The position numbers and the translations under genes are program-made. 64,000 bases of DNA, from positions 22,759,077 through 22,823,076 of the forward strand of contig JAUZTB010000068.1 in NCBI GenBank assembly GCA_034780895.1. The letters run 5' to 3'. The stretch comes from Rhynchobatus australiae. Taxonomy: Eukaryota. Shown here one piece after another: positions 50,200 through 63,508 of this stretch; the first letter of the stretch is position 1, and each line of letters begins with the position of its first letter. The notes below the pieces were generated by a model. That model searched no databases. It saw only the letters and a program-made list of their open reading frames with translations, and had not been told where the DNA came from.

Positions 50200-51439
50200 A
50201 TTATAGCATTGCCCCATCTCCGTAACCCCATCTTATTCCTTGTGTACATACGCACATGTACATAAGATTTATGTTCACCACAGTAGTTTACAATGGCTAC
50301 AAAGTGGCAAAGGAGGCAATTTAAATTAAAAGATATTGCCTTAATGTTGTCATTGTGGTCCATTCAAAATGGTGGAGAAAAAATGTTAACGAAACACTCA
50401 TCACACACAATGCAAGGAACAATATACCCTCCTAGGCACAGACAGCAGGAAAACACATTAGGAAACAGCAGAACTGGCATCACAGATGTGCAAAGGGATA
50501 TTTTGTATGTGTGTCAATGTTTTACTCAAAGGGGCGCATCTAAACTGAGCACAGGGATAAATTCAGATATCTTTCAATTAATCTGAAGAGGCTCAGTTGG
50601 GATCAATCTGGATATACTACTCATCCTTAATTACAAGTCTTACCCTGCCACATTCTGCATGACATTACAGTGATATTCAGAATTTCTTGAACAATTCACA
50701 CAAAAAGTAATGTATTGAAAGAAGCTGCACAGCCTGACAAAATTAATCATTTTGGTCGGAGGTTTTTGTTTTAGTTTACTGAGAAGGAAGTCTATGCACA
50801 GCTATGGAAGGCTATATGCATTATTAACCATTGCAGGTAAAATTGGGATTACAGTGGGCTGTTTTGGAGGAAATCTCCAAAGATGAGAATGGATTTGATT
50901 GGTAATCCAGTTCTAAGCAAATAAATAAAGAATCACCAGAAACACCTTCTGTAAGTACATTATGATATTCGTATATAAATAAAGCAACAGGGAATTAGCA
51001 ATGCTGCAGTCTAGTTATTATGAATAAATCATGGAATTGCTGAGATAAACATTGCACCTACCTGCAAAAGCTACATTAATATATAATAAAATAGTAAAAG
51101 CAGCATATATTATATGAATAATTTATCTAAAGTGTACTATGAAATTAGAAAAAGATAGAGGCATGAGCATAATATGTAGTGAAATATTGAAGGTCACAGA
51201 GACATAAGAGAAATAATATCAAATAATCTCAGATTCTTAAATATCAAATAATGATAGATGATTATTCAAAAGTATACAAGCATATGTTAATATACACAAG
51301 TTCTAATAGTTGCATTTCATGTAGTATGGAAATATGTTTAAGATATGGAAATAAATCTCAGGGATAATTACAAAATGTATTACAGTTTCACAGTGCAAAC
51401 TCAAATAAAAATCAAGTGGTTGATTGCAGTGTTGTCTGC

Positions 51440-54400
51440 AAGATTATCATCCGCCTCATTATGTTAAATATTATATGGGCCGGCCTTCTCTGTGTCTTTG
51501 CTAACCTGCAAAGCGGCACTACTCTGACAAAGACCAGCTATTCAATAGAAATATTATTAATTTATTAAAACAGTGACTACCTTATATTATCTGGAAAGCG
51601 TTTCTGAAGGGAAAGATCTCCACAGCGAAATACACGTGTAAACTTCGCGGGTTACACAATTTAACCTTTTTTGTACCGAACTTTCAGGAAGTTGATACGT
51701 TTTCCACATTAATCCACCCCCTTCTGGTGAGCGGTCTATAACCGCCTTTAAACGATTGGAGACGTTTCCAAATCGGTGGAAAGCTGACCCGTATTTCAAT
51801 GTGGATAATGGGTTCGAATCTGGGATTCCGTTCCACTGGGCAAGGATCAGTTTAAAATCAAGGTTGATGTTAATAATTGGTTGTGGACTTCCAGTGCAGA
51901 AATGATTGCAGAAAGGATGGAGGAGATTGGGTTGTGGATTACCATTTCCTTGTATCATTTGATTTTGTCACCTCACTGGTTCTTGCAGGAAAATAATTCG
52001 TAATAAAATATTTTAAACTGGATCTTCAGCTCAATCAGAATATTGCGAACACGAGCATAAGTAACAGCAAGCTTTTAATTGCAAGTGTTCAAAATGACTT
52101 CAGAACACCACCCTCTGATTTCTTTAAGGATCGTGTCAGAAATTGAGAACAGTAATTAGCGCAGGTGTGGAAATGCTGCGTTGTGGTATAAAGACCCATA
52201 TATGCAAGGGCTAAACTCCCTCCTTGTTGTACAGGCTGGGAATCACTTTACCTATTATGGTTAACATTGTGATTAAACCGTACCATTTTAAGACCGCTTT
52301 TTTGACGTCTCCAATTTAATAACATTGTCTGGAGCATTCCAGATTCGCAAAGCCAGGGTTTGAACTGGCTGCTTTGTTTGGTATCCAGAGAATCTATTTT
52401 CACCTACAGAACGAGTGCTCAGGAATTCAGGGTGTATACAGACAGGGAATGCGGGATACTTGTAGGGACATCATCTTCCAGTCCCAATCGTGGACTCTTC
52501 TCGCCTATTTTCACAAATTGGTTATAATACAAATTACATCCAACTCGAATCCGTTTTGCATTTGCATAGAGCAGTTACTGGAAAGGCAGTGTGAAAACGG
52601 CACACAAATCTACCCAATCCATGTAATTCTGGAGAACTGAGGGATTGTTAGTTAACTTGTTTTTAGTAGCCATATACAACTGTTTTTTGGATCCATTTAC
52701 ATCGCCCAAAATCCTCCCGCCTGTATTTCAGAGCGAAGAGCGAAGCCCAGGTGTACACACCATTCTGTTATGTGATCAGGTCAGGTGGCCGCAGCGGTAG
52801 CATCTGCGCTGGATATCAAACTGGTANNNNNNNNNNNNNNNNNNNNNNNNNNNNNNNNNNNNNNNNNNNNNNNNNNNNNNNNNNNNNNNNNNNNNNNNNN
52901 NNNNNNNNNNNNNNNNNNNNNNNNNNNNNNNNNNNNNNNNNNNNNNNNNNNNNNNNNNNNNNNNNNNNNNNNNNNNNNNNGCCACGCTCCAACATGTTCG
53001 CAGTGTTTCCCACGCACACGAGTTTCACGTGGAAAACTCAGCAGAATATTTGCGAAAATTGCATTAATTATCAAAAACATCTTTGCTTAATTGCAATTTT
53101 TGCAAATAATTAGCGTTCAATGTTAGTGAGGATCACCCTTAGAATTACTTGACCGGTTGGTGGACTGACGTCCACAGTAACAGAAAAAAGTTTGCATCTG
53201 AGTTACGTGGTGTCAGAACTCAGGGCGACTCGGCACTGTTTTAAAATACTTGTGGAAACAACACAGAATATTAATAAAAACAATACTTTCTGCCCTCTAC
53301 CGGCGATTGCCTTGAATTATCATAAAATGACAGGCGCCCTTTGAGATATAAAAACAATGGGTGTGTTTAATTATTATTTATACTGATAAGGCAGTGGTAT
53401 CTCATTGAAGAACATCGCCCTGCTGTGAGCATCAGTGCTGGCGTGGGTTCTGCGTTGAGGCAGTTTATTGTTTATTGACGTCTCCCAGTTATTTCTCTCC
53501 CCATTTCAGTGGGCACGACCCGATTGTTTTATTGGTGAAACAATAAAGGCATGACAAATTAAATTGGACAAATTTATTTTGAATTCCGTACCTAACGAAA
53601 GAGGTAAAACTAATATAATAACCAGTGAACAGAAGGTTGAATGTTGGGAATCACGTGGGGCCATTTCTGTCCGTCCAAAGCCTGGTTTTTGCCAGCTTTG
53701 ATTCAGCTCCCTATTCCCACCCCCCACACCACCATAAAGTGAGAGAGTAGTGTTTGGGCTGTGTAACCAAACTGGATGGACCCATTCCCCACTTTTCCCT
53801 CTCCCCACGCATCCTCAACGGCAGCTGGATACATTTATATGATACTTAGTAAAATGCCTTCAGTGTATTGCTGGAGCAATATTGGGCAATGTTTGACGCT
53901 GACATGTAAGAACCACTAACTAAGGAGCTAAAGGAGGAGATACATTAAAAAGAGAGAGAATTCCAGAGCTGAGTATGTTGAAAGCTGGAAAAAAAACAAG
54001 AGTTATAGGAGTGCGGAGATCTCAGCTGATACCGACGGAAGGGGAACGAGGAGCTGCCACCCACTTCATCCAAACAGGAGGTAAAGGGAGCTTAGCCAGG
54101 ACGCCCATTTCTGACCTCTATTCAGCATTGCTCCTGGGAGAAAACGTTTGAGAAAGGAGGCTCAGCTTCTGATGCCTCCCATGTGCATCAACCTGCCCAC
54201 AGTCACATTTAAAGAATTGCCTCTTGGGTCTGGGTCGCAGAAATGTCCTTGAGCAAGGAGTGACCATCTTCCGTGGCAGAGAAACGTGGCAAAAATCAAT
54301 CAATAAAAATATCCCAATTATCTGCACCGGGGTACTTAATAATCATACCCGTTCGGTGTCAGTTTTAAACATTTATTTTTACCAGATAATACCGGCCGTT

Positions 54401-54600
54401 TAAAGGCATTCAGAATCACCTCCGAGATGATACATATTTTTTATAAAGCACACAAATATTACTCTGAGGCCTTGTGACATTACTGGCGGTTTCAACTGTA
54501 CAGCGTGGAAACTCTCTTCTGGTTGTGTCCCACAATCAAAAGATAACCGCACAATAGGTCAAATAACATCCGTCACGTAACAATTTTTCTTTTTTGATTT
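51440..54600. promoter_or_regulatory. Downstream orphan CpG-retaining domain, candidate enhancer cluster
   Basis: Frequent CpG without a coding ORF. TGACGTC at 52303, 53166 and 53476. CACGTG at about 51633, 53026 and 53652. Octamer ATTTGCAT at 52560. Several ACAAT Sox cores. Confidence 0.5.
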
Positions 54601-55799
54601 TCTTTGCTCACTCCTTGGTCTGTACAATTTCTAGAGTACATGGTTACCAGGTTCTGCTAGCTAATTCTAAAAGCCTAGCTTGTTCGAGTGAAAGCTTTTG
54701 TATTTATTTCAAAACACATTGAATTCAGAGTAGAATAACTCCATTGAATAAACAACAAAGACTGGCACTGGAAACTATTCTTCCTATTTACAATTCTACA
54801 GGATTGGTGTTAGCAACTGTTTGTATTGTGGTGTGTCCTTCCACCACAACTACCACCAACTGTTGAATACTTTCAGTCTAGGTTAACCACTGAGGCACTG
54901 TCACAACGTTTTCTTATATTGCACTTTCAAAGTGGAAGAAGGATGTCCTTAAAGTGAATATGAGAAAAAACTAAAGTGGCTTGACATTTTCTTTTTACTT
55001 ACTGCAAAGTTATTGCAATTTTTTCTCCTCTCTTTGAGGGCTGTCCTCTAATAAGGAGTAATCTTGAGATTTCTATTATTCTTTAACTTCACTGAAAGAT
55101 CTTAACTCAACAGACAGTTTATTATGCTATCTGCAAGTTTCAGCCTGACCAGAATATTCCAAATGAACCACTTCTGTTGTAACTACAGGCAAGAAGCATT
55201 GTAGAAGGTGGGATAAAAATGTATTTTAAACATAGACTGTGTCAGTATATTTCTCAAAGAAACTACAAAGATAAGGAAAATGCTATAAACCTTATCTTCT
55301 ACAATGCTTTCATAAGTGTCAGTAGTTAATGATGGTAAAATCATATCTCAATGGGGGGGGGACAAATTATTGGTGTGAATTATTTCGACATTACAATTGA
55401 CCTTCTACCGTTTAATCTCTGTTCTTTTCATGGACTCAACACAACACCAAGTTTAATTCACTAGTGGAAGAAGGATGATGTATCCTTAGCTTTAAGCAAA
55501 ACCTAGAACCATGAACATGTGTCAGCCACTCTGGATATTACACTGCTTCTCTCTGTTTGTAGTTCCAAACATATTCACATCCTTAAATCCCCCAAAATAC
55601 CAGGGCTTAAAGCAGTTACCTTATTGCTGAAATTCTGTCTCATTCATTATCACTCTGTTCCCTTGTAGCAGGCTTTAGAGGTTACCCAAATGAAGGTTTG
55701 CTTATTTACATTTACAATAAACCTTTTCTGTCTGTGATTCAAACATCATCAAAATTTTGCCTGACAGCTCTGACAAGTGGGAGATCAAAAAAGAATTCT

Positions 55800-56090
55800 G
55801 CAGACGACAGAAATGTGAAATAAAAACAGAAAATGCTAGAAACACCCACCAGGCCTGGCAGCAGCTGTGGAGAGGGAAACAGGNNNNNNNNNNNNNNNNN
55901 NNNNNNNNNNNNNNNNNNNNNNNNNNNNNNNNNNNNNNNNNNNNNNNNNNNNNNNNNNNNNNNNNNNNNNNNNNNNNNNNNNNGAAACAGGCACCCTTCA
56001 TCAGATAGTCCCAGCACCTAAGCTATTGATTGTCTCTCTTTCCACAGGTGCTGCCTGGCTGTTGGGTCTTCCAGCACCTTCTGTTTTTAC
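55800..56090. mobile_element. Penelope pLTR foldback remnant
   Basis: Inverted arms AAAACAGAAAATGCTAGAAACACCCACCAGGCCTGGCAGCAGCTGTGGA and TCCACAGGTGCTGCCTGGCTGTTGGGTCTTCCAGCACCTTCTGTTTT. Minus-strand CTGATGAAGGG at 55994-56004. Confidence 0.7.
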
Positions 56091-56439
56091 TTCCCTTTTG
56101 GAGTCAGTAACGGTGTCTGACATTCGCAGGGTAGGTTCCACAGATCAGAGGTAGGTATAGAGCTCCCTCTAGTCTATTCACTAATGCACATCAACCTTTG
56201 CTTTAGAAGTACGTACTTCTGCTGTAACTGTATGAGATCCTTCCACTCGTCTTCCCGCAAATCAATATTATCTCAACAGTAAGATGTTAACTATAGAATC
56301 ACTTATTTAGCAATTATGAATAACAACTTAAGATTGTTAAGATCTTACTTCTATGCTCTTGGTTTAATAGGAGGAATGGAACTGCAAAGAATTATATCAG
56401 CTTCACTTCTTTGCCACTCAACTCCTGCAGAACCCAGAT

Positions 56440-56932
56440 TTCAACTTGTGGAGGTTGCAGAGGAGATTTCTAAACATTCCCGAAAATGAGACTCCTCAAT
56501 TGTGTGGGGAGACAAGGATAGGTAAGGTTGTTCTCCATAAAGCAGAAAAGATTAACTAGAAACTTACTAGAGCTGCTAACAATTCTGAAGTCCTATAATG
56601 GAGGAGACAGAAGGAAAATATTTCCAAGCCAGAGGGTTGGTAACAGGAGGACACAGATTTACGACAATTAGAGAAAAACTGGGGGCAGACAAGGAGAATT
56701 TCCTTGTTTGTACAGTGAGTTGTTTTAATCAGGAATGCAAAGCTGAAATTCTGGTCAAAGCATGTTTATTATTAACCCTCTGGAGGGAATTGGATATGTA
56801 CTCAAAGAGGAAAAAAATATTAGACAATGAGGAAAGAGCAGGAAAAGGTGACCGATTAAATAGCTCTTTCGAAGTGCTGGCACAAGCATGATAATTTAAT
56901 CGGTCTTGTCCTGCGCTGTAACGTTCCATGAT
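56440..56932 (+). mobile_element. Old CR1-like LINE 3' fragment
   Basis: GAGGTTGCAGAGGAGATTT...TTGTTCTCCATAAAGCAGAAAAGATTA...ACAGGAGGACACAGATTT (TRGH-like), with tail TCCTGCGCTGTAACGTTCCATGAT. Confidence 0.6.
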
Positions 56933-56947
56933 CTCACCAGGTGCAGC

Positions 56948-56987
56948 ACTTTAAGGAAGAGGAGTCCACAACTTTAAGGAAGAGGAG
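56948..56987. repeat. 17-bp direct duplication
   Basis: ACTTTAAGGAAGAGGAG at 56948-56964 and 56971-56987. Confidence 0.8.
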
Positions 56988-59900
56988 AAACATCACTTGG
57001 GGCTCTAAATCCTGCTTTTAACTCATTGAATCAGGTCTATATTTGGCAAGAACAGGATCTATTTCAGTTGTTTCAATCAGAAACTTTACAACAAATAGCC
57101 ACTAGACAAGGTATTGGAAAAGTAAAACTTCAGCTGAAGCAAAATCTGGCATACATTACCAATTTCAGGGAAGATGATAAATAAAATAATTTTGATGAGA
57201 TTAAAAATTAACTTTATGTTGTATGTTGGTCACACAAATAGCAGATTAAACAATAACCATGGAGCTGTGGCTTCTGAAGATGCTGGAGTCACATTACGGC
57301 AGCATATTGAAGACTAACAGCAGGACACCAGGTTTATAAAGTGTTTCAACTCTCACTGCAACAACTATGCAATTGAGAAGGTTCCACAAGCTCCAGAAGT
57401 GGAGAAAAAGCAACAATAAACAAACACGCAGGAGCAGGTCACCACAAGGGAACAGCTGCCCATTATATACCATTAATCAACTCCCTGGAAAAAAAAACTC
57501 ATCTCTACCCAATCTGGCCTACATATCACTTCATCTACCTCTATACCATCTATACAGCAGGCATGTAATAATTATTGACTTGCTACTGTTGTCTAAAATA
57601 GGACAAAAATCAGATAAAAATGGAAGGAAAATGGCTTAGGGACATTATTCCATTAAAAAAGCAGGGAGAGTTATGCATTATTTATCAAAGATCTTAATTC
57701 TTAGGAAAATATGAAAAGAACTTGCATTTGAATAGCACTTTTATACATCTTCAAAACATTCCAAAGCTTGTCAAGCAACTGAAAGTATTGTTCCTGCACT
57801 GTCTATCTTAGAACTGAACTATCCCAGAGAGCTGCAGTTACACATTCTTTTTCTTTACAACCTAAGCCCCATTTTACTTTCTATAATTTTTGATTTGTTT
57901 GAAAAAAACTAGTTGATGTAAAATTACACAGCATCACTCTATAACTGAATCTGTTCAAAATGAGCTTGTGCTTAAAATGGTTTGCAAAAGACTCACTTTC
58001 GTACTGAATTGGATTAAGTCTTGTCCCAGCTACTATCACTTCAGATCACCAGCAACCTTCCAACAATGCACTGGAATTATTATGGTTACAGCAAAGTCAA
58101 TGCAGCTTTCTAGTGTAGGAGAAACCAAAAAACCTGTGATTCATGATATAGAACAATTTCTCCAGGCTTCCTTCCAATTCTTCTTCCAATCCATCCTTCA
58201 TGAGCATTAACTAGACTTTACTTTCCACTTTGGACACATGGAAACCAATTTTACTCTTTACACATTAGGCATTTTCAATCAGTGTAAGTGGGCAATAACC
58301 AAAGAATCTATTGGATCTCCAATGAGCACACAAATACTCACTACTTGTCCATCATTTGAAGTCCTTTGAACATAATCAAGAGCCTGACCAGCAGAAAATC
58401 AGATGGATTGCCCAGAAATTTAATTGCATATTTGTGATTTTCCAAAATGGCCACGGTTTCAACATACTAGTACCATTCCAGTACACCAGTTCTGTGTACT
58501 GGAACTTGTAGAGAGATGGGACTCCTTAAATTGGTTGCATTTCATTGCTGGCAAGGATGGAACTCTGATGTAGCATGATATTTACCATTGCCAGTAGACA
58601 TAATTGTGGGGCTTTCCACTTGACTGATTTGATACAACACTCCCACTTAAACCTCAAGGGAATCTGCCTCTGTTCTATGGACTTCTGTTCCATCACTGTG
58701 GTTTGAATCTGCATCATTGGAGTTTTTAGTTCAACATTTTATTTATCATTATGTTCTTCCATTAGGAAGCCATCATTCTAAGATCCCAGATTGTTTATAT
58801 GCTTAATAATAATGTGATATTTTTTACCTAGTCTCAGACATGAAGCACATTATTCAAGGTGAAATAAATCATTGCAGGTGAAAAGCTCGGAGTTTTTATG
58901 TAGTTTTTTTAATACTGTCAAAATAATCTGAAATGTCCACTTATGAAAAAGACATGGATAGAGAAAAGATCTTCATTTTTTCATCCAGACTGCAATAAAG
59001 TACAGGTCCAAATGTTTCCTGTCACATTTTTTAACCAACTGAACAAGGTGAGTTTCGTGTTTATGTGAGATATCGCTCCTGTTTCCAAATCTATGAACTA
59101 AATCAAAGGATTAAGTGCTGCCTCTATCTTTATCCAGAGTAATGAAAATACATAGAATGGAACAATGTAGATATCATATATAAACACCTGATTCAAGATC
59201 CAAGCATCACAGCCATGTTTTCAACAGGCTCAAAGGTGCTGATGTTCCATCACCCATGACAGAACATCAACAGGTTGATGCATAAACCACCTCCATAAAT
59301 GGAAAGTTGAAGCCAAGCCAGAGCGCAATTGTGACCATGCAAAACAAACTGTGGAACATTTGGTAAACCACTCGCCACTATATTCTGTGTGCTCCTTCTA
59401 CAGAGGAAGTGCAAAACTACACAAACTCTCTCCTGAATCCCTTTTAAGCTCGCAGAACTTGGCATTGGTGTTTAGCTTCTGAACATATTGCCATATGCTC
59501 TCTCTTTTTTGACATAATAAAACTGAGTGCTGTAGAACTTTGAAGATTTGCCAACATTACAACTGTACTTACAGAAGTTATTGATTCCAGCTATGAAACC
59601 TAAGACACAACCACTTTGCTTTGTTCTATCTTTCATACCATCATTTTATTTCTCTTTTTTTGTTCACGTATTTCTTCCTGCTTTGTGTCCATTTTCCAAG
59701 AGCAACAAACCTGGTAACCAAGACAGATGAGATTAGGCCAAACTTACCTTTCCCAAACATCTCATCGACTAACTACCAAAGTTGAAAGCCTAACGTCATA
59801 TTCTGTTGTTTTTTTTATTCAGATTGAAAAGGAAATTAAACAGTCAGCCATGGTTTCTGCTCTTCATTATTATCCCATGACTCTTGGGTGCATATAATTA

Positions 59901-62900
59901 GAGAATTTTGACAAGCTAAAGCAAGAAGATTGTGATCCACACTTTAGGAGAAATATTGGGTTGGTTCTTCCTGGATCTGGACTGGTACCTGAACCAGTGG
60001 TGCCAACCTACCCACATCCGGGGACCAACTAAACCAACCCTGTATATCCAAGGGTCCTCCAATGAGGTCCATCAGGCCCTGGGTGACAACTCGGCCTCAG
60101 GCAACAGATGCCGAGACCTTGCCTCAGAACATTCCGGTGGCGTTTTGACAGCTGCTGTCAAGAGCCTTTTGATAGATCATGTGACCTCCTGCTTTCCTCT
60201 GGGGCTTACCGCTATGCTGAGAGATGAACCATTGACCTGCTGAACTAAGGGACTTGGATGTACTTTCTATCTGGTCCAGCCATGGCTGGGATGGGCAGCA
60301 CAATCCCATACATTTAAACAAAAAGGGAGGTGCAGAAAACAGTTTGTTTATTTTTCTTCATTTTACCTTAGTTTAATGGTATTAATTAACTTATGCTGCT
60401 TAAAGATGCATTTAAATCTTTCAACTGGTATTAAATCATTTATTAAAAACAGATTAAAACTATAAAAACACATAATTTAAAACACTTTTACCTAGATAAT
60501 TAATACCATCAAATTAATGTAAAATGAAGAAAAATAAGCAAACTACTTCTTCACCTCCCTGATGTGAGGACAGCTCATTGCCAGTTCTCACAGAATCAGC
60601 AGCCAGATGTCAGTTCAATCTGAACCAATAATTGAAAGACGGAGAAATTGGTCTCAGGTTCATCTTGGTCTGCTATAATGCATTCCCCTGCAGCTGGATA
60701 GCAATCGGTATTGCTAGAGACCCCAGAGTTCAGCTCGGGAATGGTGTGCAGACGCAAGAACAGAGGTTAATAAAGAAGCAACATGAAGATACAAGGTACA
60801 GAATAAATAATTTTCAGTTTGGCCTGCTGACAAGAAAAAGACTAATTATATTGTGCTATGCATTGAATAGATTAACTTGACAGATTATAGCGCACATTTG
60901 AATCTCACAGTTTAAAAAGGAATGTGAAGCATTTAGTTAACACAAGCACCACTATGTTACGCACGTACTCTGTAGACTCCACAAACGGGCTTAAGCTCTT
61001 TGGAAGTATCAGAGTATAACAATGTCCCAAAAAGAGCACCCTAAATGGTATTTTGTTTGGAGGATAGTTCAATTGGAAACTGACCCAGCAAACAAGAAAA
61101 GCCTGAGTTTTTTTGTCCAGGTACTGTGCTGGGAATGGAGTTATGAATGGGGTTTTATTCAGGCAAACAAACCTTATGAATCATTATTCCCAAAGTAATG
61201 AAAATTAATCTCATTACCTTTCACAATGTCAGTAGCCAAAATTATGTAGAGAACTTAAGCTGTGCATGTGTAGAAGTAACATAGGGCTGGAAAATGTTTA
61301 GTGTGGTACAGTGTTGTGCACAACATAGACAGATTTTATCTAAACCTGATTGAGAAGTGCAGATGTGTACTTCGAGTGTAGATCATGGACTTCCTGAAAT
61401 TTGTTTTGGTCCCTCCGTGTGAATAATGTAGCTACAGATGGAAGCCAACAAACATGTGCAGTGAAATCGAAGGGCTCAGAACTCCTCTTAATGCCAATTA
61501 CAAAGAATTCTTCTGCAAGGCCCATGAATGGCTCATATGCTGAAGTTGGTCAAACGAAGAAATTGGTGAGGCCCACCTTGACATGAATTAAAAGGGAGCA
61601 AAAGTAGCCTGGCATCCACAAAGGCATTGATCATCTTCCAGACAGACCCTCTTTAAGTATCATGCTTAGTGTTCAACTGAGATTGTCATCCATACTTTGG
61701 ATTGTGTGTCTGTCAACCCCCACCACAGGAACATGGCCTGATCATGTATCTGAATATTGACCCCCACACCCAGCTAAGTGTGCGTCTGACCCCATCCTGA
61801 TCCCCAGTGTCACTCCATCCCCTGAAATCCAGGATTCCCTTCCCTGCTCCCTGATTCCAGGCTTAATCCTTCTTAGTCTTCCCTTTAGCAACTCTCGCAC
61901 CCTGCACAATCTGCAGCCGATCTATTTTTCTATGCAAATTGAGTTGTTGTTGAACAAGAGTATACTTATGTGAGAAAGGCTTATTATATCATGTGCAATG
62001 CCTTGGCTCCTGTGCAGGATTTGTTTGCTGGGATGCGCTGCTGACTGAAAGACTGAGTCTTTTGAGGTGCAGAAAAATTGCTGGGCCATAACAAATGAGT
62101 CTATTTGCAAGTGCAGGTTTGGCACAGCCTGTGGAGGTGTTTGTATTGTCTGCCTGCCTCTTTACTGATGCTTCATCCATTCCTGAGTGATGCTAGAGAA
62201 AGTGTTCATCCATATATTTCAGGGAGTGGACTCTGCAGGAACTGGGGTGTAGAGTTAATGCAGAAAATAGAATTATTATTTAACTTGTTAATATTTAATG
62301 CCTCTTTATTTGACAGCACTTGAGCAAACCAGACCTCCTTATCATTTTCATTAAAGGAACTATCCTTATCTGGGGACCGCTGTGACCAGAAAATGCTACT
62401 TGAACACTCATGTGGAGTAAGGTTGTGTAACACAAGTGGTCATTGGCAAGAGCTGGCAAAAAAAAGTGCTGTTTGCTGAGAAATGAATGGGGCCCTATTG
62501 AAGCATGTAAATAGAAAGCCCAATTCAAAGGACCACAATAAGTGAGATGCACTGCACTGAAGTCTCAGAACATAAACCATTCAGTGGAGACTTATTATGT
62601 AGATATTACAACTACTGCTTTCTAGCCCTCTCATAATGCCTGTTTCTAACTTGCCAGAAAAATACCTCTTAGGAATAAGAGGTAAGGTCATAAAAATACC
62701 TCTCAGGAATCTGAATTGTTTGCAGGCTAATTCACATCTTAACCGAAACTGCCTGTCACCTCTGCTACTACAATTGTCACCTTCAATTTTTGTAACGCTT
62801 GCTCTGAGGAATATCACCAAGATCACCTCACTCCAAGCATTTTATCCACTTTCAGGTATTATAACAAGAAGCTATTATCCATCCAATCTGTGAATTGCTC

Positions 62901-63358
62901 CCAATGCTAAACTGAAAGCTGTATCTTCAATCTGCATTGAAAATTCTAGTTGATGAATCCAGGCTATTTAGTGACAAACACATTAATCAGAGACTTGTTG
63001 CAGCTAAATGGCTTAAATTGCAATGATAGTGCCACTGTTGTTTCTCTGAAGGTTAGTTCTGCAATGTCTCAGGATTGTTCTCACATAGCCTTCCAATGGC
63101 TTACCAACCCCATTCCACAGCACAGCTCCTAAAACTACCGCTACTCCTGATCTCATACACGGGGCCCCACTTACTCTATGCTGAACAGAGGCAACTAATA
63201 GTTGAACAGCAGGGTTATGACTACTTTTGCTAGCTGCATTTTTATCAAGTTTCAGAACCCAAAACCTTCAGCATCTATTGTGTGGGATCCTTCCACTATA
63301 GGTCCTGATGATGAACTGTAAAACACTCTGTTCATATTGCAAGGCAGCCATTAGTACG

Positions 63359-63508
63359 AGACAGAAAGCTCATTTGGAAACAAGCACATTAATCAGATAC
63401 CTGCAGCAGTTTCATCCTACAGCACTGTGTCACTGTCAGACAGAAAGCTCATTTGGGAACAGACACATTAATCTGACACCTGGAGCAGTTTCATCGTACT
63501 GTGCTGTG
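63359..63508. repeat. Diverged tandem duplication, 79-bp period, about 2 copies
   Basis: AGACAGAAAGCTCATTTGG...CACATTAATC...GCAGTTTCATC starts at 63359 and again at 63438. Confidence 0.85.

Noticed and set aside
63304-63325. CTGATGA motif
   Set aside because: No stem II or GAAA follows.
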